This document shows, in pieces, positions 57,821 to 64,000 of a stretch of DNA of 64,000 nt. The stretch's first letter is position 1. Every line of letters begins with the position of its first letter. A model generated the notes under the pieces. It made no database searches. It saw only the letters and a list, made by a program, of their open reading frames with translations, and was not told where the DNA came from. A program made the translations under genes and the position numbers. Origin of the DNA: Macrostomum hystrix (taxonomy: Eukaryota > Animalia > Platyhelminthes); the NCBI GenBank assembly GCA_950097015.1, contig CATNEN010000038.1, positions 5,580,001 through 5,644,000 of the forward strand, read 5' to 3'.

Positions 57821-58799
57821 ACTGTTAATGCAGCGTGCGAGTGATTTGCTTTTTATGATAAAACACGTTAATTTGGATCAGTACAACAGTATAGCCTGTA
57901 CTTGTGTCTTTTTTCACTCATTTTGTAACCCAGAAGCCTAAAACGTAAATACAATCAAACAAAGTTTTCTCCCGAAATTGAAATTCGACTTCAACTTTTT
58001 TAATTTGCTGGAGAAATCTTTTAACCCGATAATGCACTTTAAAGGTGGAAAATTAGACTTTTTTTGAACTAACCAAATATAAAAAATTCCGTGTTTTTTT
58101 ATTAACAAAAATACAAAAATATTGTATTGAGCTCGTTAGCTAACGAACACGTCCAATGTCCACTGCGCTCTGCCTAATGTACAGGATTACTAACGTACAT
58201 AGTGTATTTTCGCCTTTTCGTACTGCCTGTTCCTATCTCACAATGCTCACTCTTGCCTTTGTTCTATGTCGAAGCGTTAGGCGCGACCGGAAGCGATTAT
58301 TTATGTACAGCAGCTGAGCAGGCCAGACTTTAAGAATGAAACCAGAAATCATTTTGCTCAACAGGGCGGGGTAGGACGGAACCGCTGGGTTGGTGTTGGT
58401 GACAAACGGATCGATTCTGCCTTCCCTACAAGCCTTCCCTCTAGACACCCGGCTCATACCTATGAGTAACTAGGGGTTTGAGTACATACACACACACACA
58501 CACACACACACTGCTCTGAGTTACGGCTTTTACCTTTTCATGTGAAACTGGCCCAGGCCAGGGCGCAGAGTACACCGACTGCCTCTGCGCAGCATCTCAT
58601 TAACCAGTACTCTCAGCCACCCTCCTCAACTTCCTCCTGCCTCTCACCTGAGCGGCTGCCGCATTCTCTATCCCTCACTCTCCCTCGCTGCCATCTGCAC
58701 TGGCTGCTCTTAAAACAGTGAGTCAGCCTCGCTACAAGAAACCAGACCGCCATCGCCCTGTAGCTCGGAGACTGTGGACTCTTGAATCGAGCCTCAACA

Positions 58800-61700
58800 A
58801 TGGCCCCGGTGCATATGGAATACGAGGAGGTCCTGGAGCACATCGGCAGCCTGGGCCGCTACCAGATCGTCCTGTTCAACCTCCTGGCCTCGCTGTCTTG
58901 GAAGAGCGCTGCAAACATGGTCATCACGGTGTTCCACATAGTAAGGCCAGCGTTCGTTTGCCAGCAAGCCTACCCCGACTGGCTGGCGAGCCCGCTCAGC
59001 TGGACTCAGATTGCCAACGTGTCAGCAGGCGGTCAGGAGCGGCAGTGTTGGTTCGTGTCCGGAAACTTGTCAGGAGGCCGAACGGACCAGAGCCAGTGCC
59101 GGGAGTTCGCGTACGATCGGCGAGAGTGGCGCGAGACAATTACTACTCAGGTGAGTGGGCTGGAGCACCTGGGGATTTAACTGAAGAATTAGGGGATTGA
59201 ACAGCCACTGAAGCATTTGGGGATCGGCGATTGAACAGCACGGAGTCGCTCTCCATTTCCAGTGGGATCTTATCTGCGACCGCAGAGGTCTGGAGCCGCT
59301 CGTATTTGGCAGCTATGCTCTCGGCTATGGATTCGGCATTGTGCTCGGCATCCTGGCTGATAAGTGAGCAATCTGAGCATATTTTCAATTGCTTTTGGCT
59401 AAACCTAATTATGATCATTAGTTATTCGATCACTAATTAGACCCCAAAATCAATAAATGGTCCATTCGACCTAGTTTGAATCGTAATGGTCTATTCTTAG
59501 CCATCCTGACCTACTCTGACCCATCCTGACCTACTCTGACCCATCCTGACCTACTCTGACCCATCCTGACCTACTCTGACCCATCCTGACCTACTCTGAC
59601 CCATCCTGACCTACTCTGACCCATCCTGACCTACTCTGACCCATCCTGACCTACTCTGACCCATCCTGACCTACTCTGACCCATCCTGACCTACTCTGAC
59701 CCATCCTGACCTACTCTGACCCATCCTGACCTACTCTGACCCATCCTGACCTACTCTGACCCATCCTGACCTACTCTGACCCATCCTGACCTACTCTGAC
59801 CCACCCTGACCTACTCTGACCCATCCTGACCTACTCTGACCCATCCTGACCTACTCTGACCCATCCTGACCTACTCTGACCCATCCTGACCTACTCTGAC
59901 CCATCCTGACCTACTCTGACCCACCCTGACCTACTCTGACCCATCCTGACCTACTCTGACCCATCCTGACCTACTCTGACCCACCCTGACCTACTCTGAC
60001 CCATCCTGACCTACTCTGACCGATCCTGACCTACTCTGACCCATCCTGACCTACTCTGACCGATCCTGACCTACTCTGACCCATCCTGACCTACTCTGAC
60101 CCATCCTGACCTACTCTGACCCGTAACCTCGCAGGTACGGTCGCCGGCCCGTGATGCTCGTTAGCTGCGCGATGGAAGCTCTGTTCACCTTGCTGGAGAG
60201 CTTGGCCCCAAATTTCCTATCCTACCTGGGCCTACACTTTGTCCACGGCATTTTCGCCACCGTCAATCTGCTATCAACCGTCTGCATCACCGAATTTGTC
60301 GGCTGCAAGCACCGGGCCCTTGTGGCCAACCTGCTGTGGCTGTACTGGTGCCTGGGCTACATGTCCGTGGCTGGCATGGCCTACCTGGTCAGGCAGTGGC
60401 GCTGGCTTCAGCTGCTCACCTGCCTGCCCTGCCTGAGCTACATCGCCTGCTATTTGTGAGTGGATTAACTCGGATTAGCGCTGTGGATTATCGGAACTTT
60501 TGCATGGGTTACTAAGCCTCTGTTTGACTCCCCTTGGATTTACAGCCTGCTTCAGGAGTCACCGCGTTGGCTTATCGCTCACGGCCGGTACACCGATGCG
60601 CTGCAGGTGTGCGAGAACATCGCCAGGGTGAACGGCAGGACCATCCCCACGGCTGCCAAGGAGCTGCTAGTGAGTCAGGAGAGCGGCTTTCATTTTGGCA
60701 CTAGACCAGGCACACGCTCACACAGGTGTGTACATCTGACCTGACTTTCTCATCGTCAGGCAGTGTACACTCTCACTGTGCCTTGGAGGTTGGCCCTCAA
60801 CGGCGTAAATTGCACGACAAGCCCCCAAGCCTTCTCTCCGCGGCTGCGTCCAAAGTGATTGTGGCCTTGCCGCGGAATCGAGCTCAGGGACCTTGGCGCG
60901 AGAGACAAAGGCGTTAACCGCTCTGCCACTCGCCTCCCTAGGTGTGTATGTTAGGGTAATTTACACAATCTTGGTGAATAAGGCAATTTTATTATTTTAG
61001 AAGTTTTTCGATGAGTCGTAAACCGCGTCTTTCCCTATTCAAATCATGTGTTCTTTCCCGCAGTCCTACGGCTTTAGCACCTCCCAGCCGCCGGATCACA
61101 ATCGCGAAGGGAACGTGTACGAAATGTTCAATACAAAAATCATGTTGAAGAAATCGATCATCCTGTTCTGCGCCTGGTGAGCGGTTTTTGTTTTATCGAA
61201 GCAAAATCTAATGATGAAGAGATATGAGCTACGTTAATTCTGATTTCGTTACTTCTGATTCTGTTACTTCGAAATCCGTTACTTTCAATAACGTTACTTG
61301 TGATTCCGTTACTTCAGAATCCTTTACTTCTGATTCCGATCTTTGTTCTTTTACTTCCGCTTCTTTTAAACCCGTTACTTTTTATCGGTACTTTCGCTTC
61401 CGTTACTTATGTTTCGTTACTTTATATCCCGTTACTTAAAAACTAGTTGATTTTTTCGTTACTTCTGATTCCGTTACTTTTCATGCCACTCACGCTTATT
61501 ACTTTTTTGTTATTTTGATTGCATCGCTCTATTGTTAATTCGTTCTTTAGCAATGGTTTTGTTTTCGCGTCTGTTAATTTTTCTTGTTTTTCACAATCGC
61601 TTCCAGGTTTGCCATCAGCCTAAACTACAACAGCATCTCGCTGGACTCTGGATTCTTAGCCAGCGATGTCTTCGTCAACACCGTCCTGTCCGGACTGATT

Positions 61701-63714
61701 GAAGTGCCTGCATACGTCACTGCGTGGATTGTGGCCGAGAAGGTCGGGCGACGGATTCCCATCGCTGTGCTCTACGTGACCCTGAGCGGCTGTCTGATCT
61801 CTGTGTCTGTGCTAACACCTGGTTAGTTCTGAAAACCGGCTTGTCGGGGTGCATTCACAGACACTGAGGGCATTCACAGACACTGAGGGCATTCACAGAC
61901 ACTGAGGGCAGTCACAGACACTGAGGGCAGTCACAGACACTGAGGGCAGTCACAGACACTGAGGGCAGTCACAGACACTGAGGGCATTCACAGACACTGA
62001 GGGCAGTCACAGACACTGAGGGCAGTCACAGACACTGAGGGCATTCACAGACGCTGAGGGCATTCACAGACACTGAGGGCATTCACAGACACTGAGGGCA
62101 TTCACAGACACTGAGGGCATTCACAGACACTGAGGGCAGTCACAGACACTGAGGGCATTCACAGACACTGAGGGGCATTCACAGACACTGAGGGCATTCA
62201 CAGACGCTGAGGGCATTCACAGACACTGAGGGCATTCACAGACACTGAGGGGCATTCACAGACACTGAGGGCATTCACAGACACTGAGGGCAGTCACATA
62301 CACTGAGGGCAGTCACAGACACTGAGGGCATTCACAGACACTGAGGGCATTCACAGACACTGAGGGCATTCACAGACACTGAGGGCATTCACAGACACTG
62401 AGGGCATTCACAGACACTGAGGGCAGTCACAGACACTGAGGGCATTCACAGACACTGAGGGGCATTCACAGACACTGAGGGCATTCACAGACGCTGAGGG
62501 CATTCACAGACACTGAGGGCATTCACAGACACTGAGGGCATTCACATTGCCTTACCTGAAACTTCAGGCAGTGTGGCTCACACAGTCCTGGCCCTGCTGG
62601 CCAAGCTCTCGGCCACCTGCGCCTTTTCCATCATCGTCAACTACACCGCCGAGGTGTACCCGACCTCCATCCGCAACACCGGCATCTTCTTCTGCAGCGC
62701 TATTGGCCGCTTGTCAGCCATTCTCGCTCCCTTCATCCTGTCGGTGAACAGCGGAGGCTCCTACGGCGCCAGAATGGCCGCCCCCATCGCCTTCGCCTGC
62801 CTGGGCATCCTGGCCGGAGCGGCACTGTACTATTTGCCTGAGACCAAGGGCATCCCGCTGCCACAGACTGTGCGCGAGGCCAACACCATCACACCGTGAG
62901 TTTATTGAGATCGCCCAGCGGAACCCAAAATCCTCCACTCCCTCAGCCTTCATTTCCTCAGCCTCCACTCCCTCAGCCTTCATTTCCTCAGCCTCCACTC
63001 CCTCAGCCTCCACTCCCTGAGTCACTTCCTCAAATGACACTCCCTGAGTCACTTCCACAGATGACACTCCCTGAGTCACTTCCACAGATGACACTCCCTG
63101 AGTCACTTCCACAGATGACACTTCCTGAGTCACTTCCTCAGATGACACTCCCTGAGTCCCTTCCACAGATGACACTCCCTGAGTCACTTCCACAGATGAC
63201 ACTCCCTGAGTCACTTCCACAGATGACACTCCCTGAGTCACTTCCACAGATGACACTCCCTGAGTCACTTCCACAGATGACACTCCCTGAGTCACTTCCT
63301 CAGCCTAATCCTACCGAAATCCTGAATACTGTCCAAACCGCACGTCCCTTACTCAGTGGCAAAGAGCCAGCTTTCATCAGTCTGGTTCAGAAGCGACGCC
63401 AAGAGATCGCTGTGTACTTCGTCGGCCGCGGCGAGACCGCCTCGGTGAGCTTCGCGAATGCGGACTTCGATCTGTCCAATCACCATCCGCGTCACGCCAC
63501 ATCCGACCAGCCGCAGGAGCGGCAGCATACTCCCGTCAGAATCGAAGGAGCTCCAGACGGCGAGACATCAACGGATGATTTTACAGCAGCCGCAGCCGCA
63601 GCAGCAGCAGCAGGCACTGTGAACAGTTCGCAGCCAGCATCAGAGGATGATGTACAAGTTGGCTTTGCGTCCAACAAATTCCTAATTGATCCCTACGAGG
63701 GACAAGACAGTTGA
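58800..63714 (+). CDS. SLC22/organic cation transporter-like MFS protein, ~636 aa, 8 exons
   Basis: Exons 58800-59150, 59263-59363, 60135-60455, 60546-60669, 61064-61176, 61607-61821, 62568-62895, 63357-63714 in phase. Motifs IGSLGRYQ, TQWDLIC, DKYGRR, ESPRWL, AEVYPTSIRN, LPETKG. Confidence 0.92.
59500..60122. repeat. 20-bp minisatellite (CCATCCTGACCTACTCTGAC)n ending ~12 nt before an acceptor
   Basis: Direct reading. Confidence 0.97.
60707..60938 (-). mobile_element. SINE family A (3'-truncated), intronic
   Basis: Homology to the other copies. Confidence 0.85.
61851..62546. repeat. 19-bp minisatellite (GGGCATTCACAGACACTGA)n filling an intron
   Basis: Direct reading. Confidence 0.96.
62932..63305. 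repeat. Compound 30-bp then 27-bp repeat (CCCTGAGTCACTTCCACAGATGACACT)n filling the last SLC22 intron
   Basis: Direct reading. Confidence 0.93.
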
Positions 63715-64000
63715 GCTCATAACTTGACCTTAGGTTAGATTCATTCATGTGCTGTACACATTCTGTGTGATATCGATATGCTTAACTATCTATAGGCTGG
63801 AGTGAAAATCAGTGCGGCTTTACGAGTCATGCTACTAAGCAGTGGTATCAATGGAATTACTTGTACTATTTTCAAAGAAGTCCAGCTTCTGCTTTGAGAG
63901 GCTAACTTTGAATTAGCTCTCAAAGCCATTATCGTTGTCTTTTTTTAACAGTAGGAATAAGCAGACTAAACATTCCTTAAATTAGTAGCTTATGAAAGTC

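Overview
Eukaryotic (metazoan) genomic DNA with GC-rich exons, AT-rich spacers and minisatellite-packed introns. The repeat landscape (unit lengths mostly 17-30 bp) and gene content suggest a free-living flatworm such as Macrostomum; this is an inference. I reconstructed 12 spliced protein-coding genes by following reading phase across splice junctions: a PAP2/PLPP lipid phosphatase, a DEG/ENaC channel, an SLC26A11-like anion transporter, a PIAS SUMO ligase, a secreted temptin-like protein, a claudin/PMP22-like tetraspan, an NAAA/acid ceramidase-like hydrolase, a calmodulin-like protein with an RS/His tail, HOIL-1/RBCK1, a SHARPIN-like protein, an orphan single-pass membrane protein and an SLC22 transporter. 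Also present are two tRNA-headed SINE families, several MITEs and more than 30 mutually unrelated tandem arrays. Most long ORFs in the supplied track are repeat artefacts. The best candidate for a new system is a tandem LUBAC-accessory locus (44206-54661). A complete HOIL-1 lies directly downstream of an RBR-less SHARPIN-like paralogue (LTM-UBL-NZF). That paralogue carries a 4E-BP-like eIF4E-binding motif (RYGREFLLSLRNCPLART) and has no ATG in its first visible exon, so it may start on a spliced-leader AUG. This would suggest a direct link between linear-ubiquitin signalling and cap-dependent translation.
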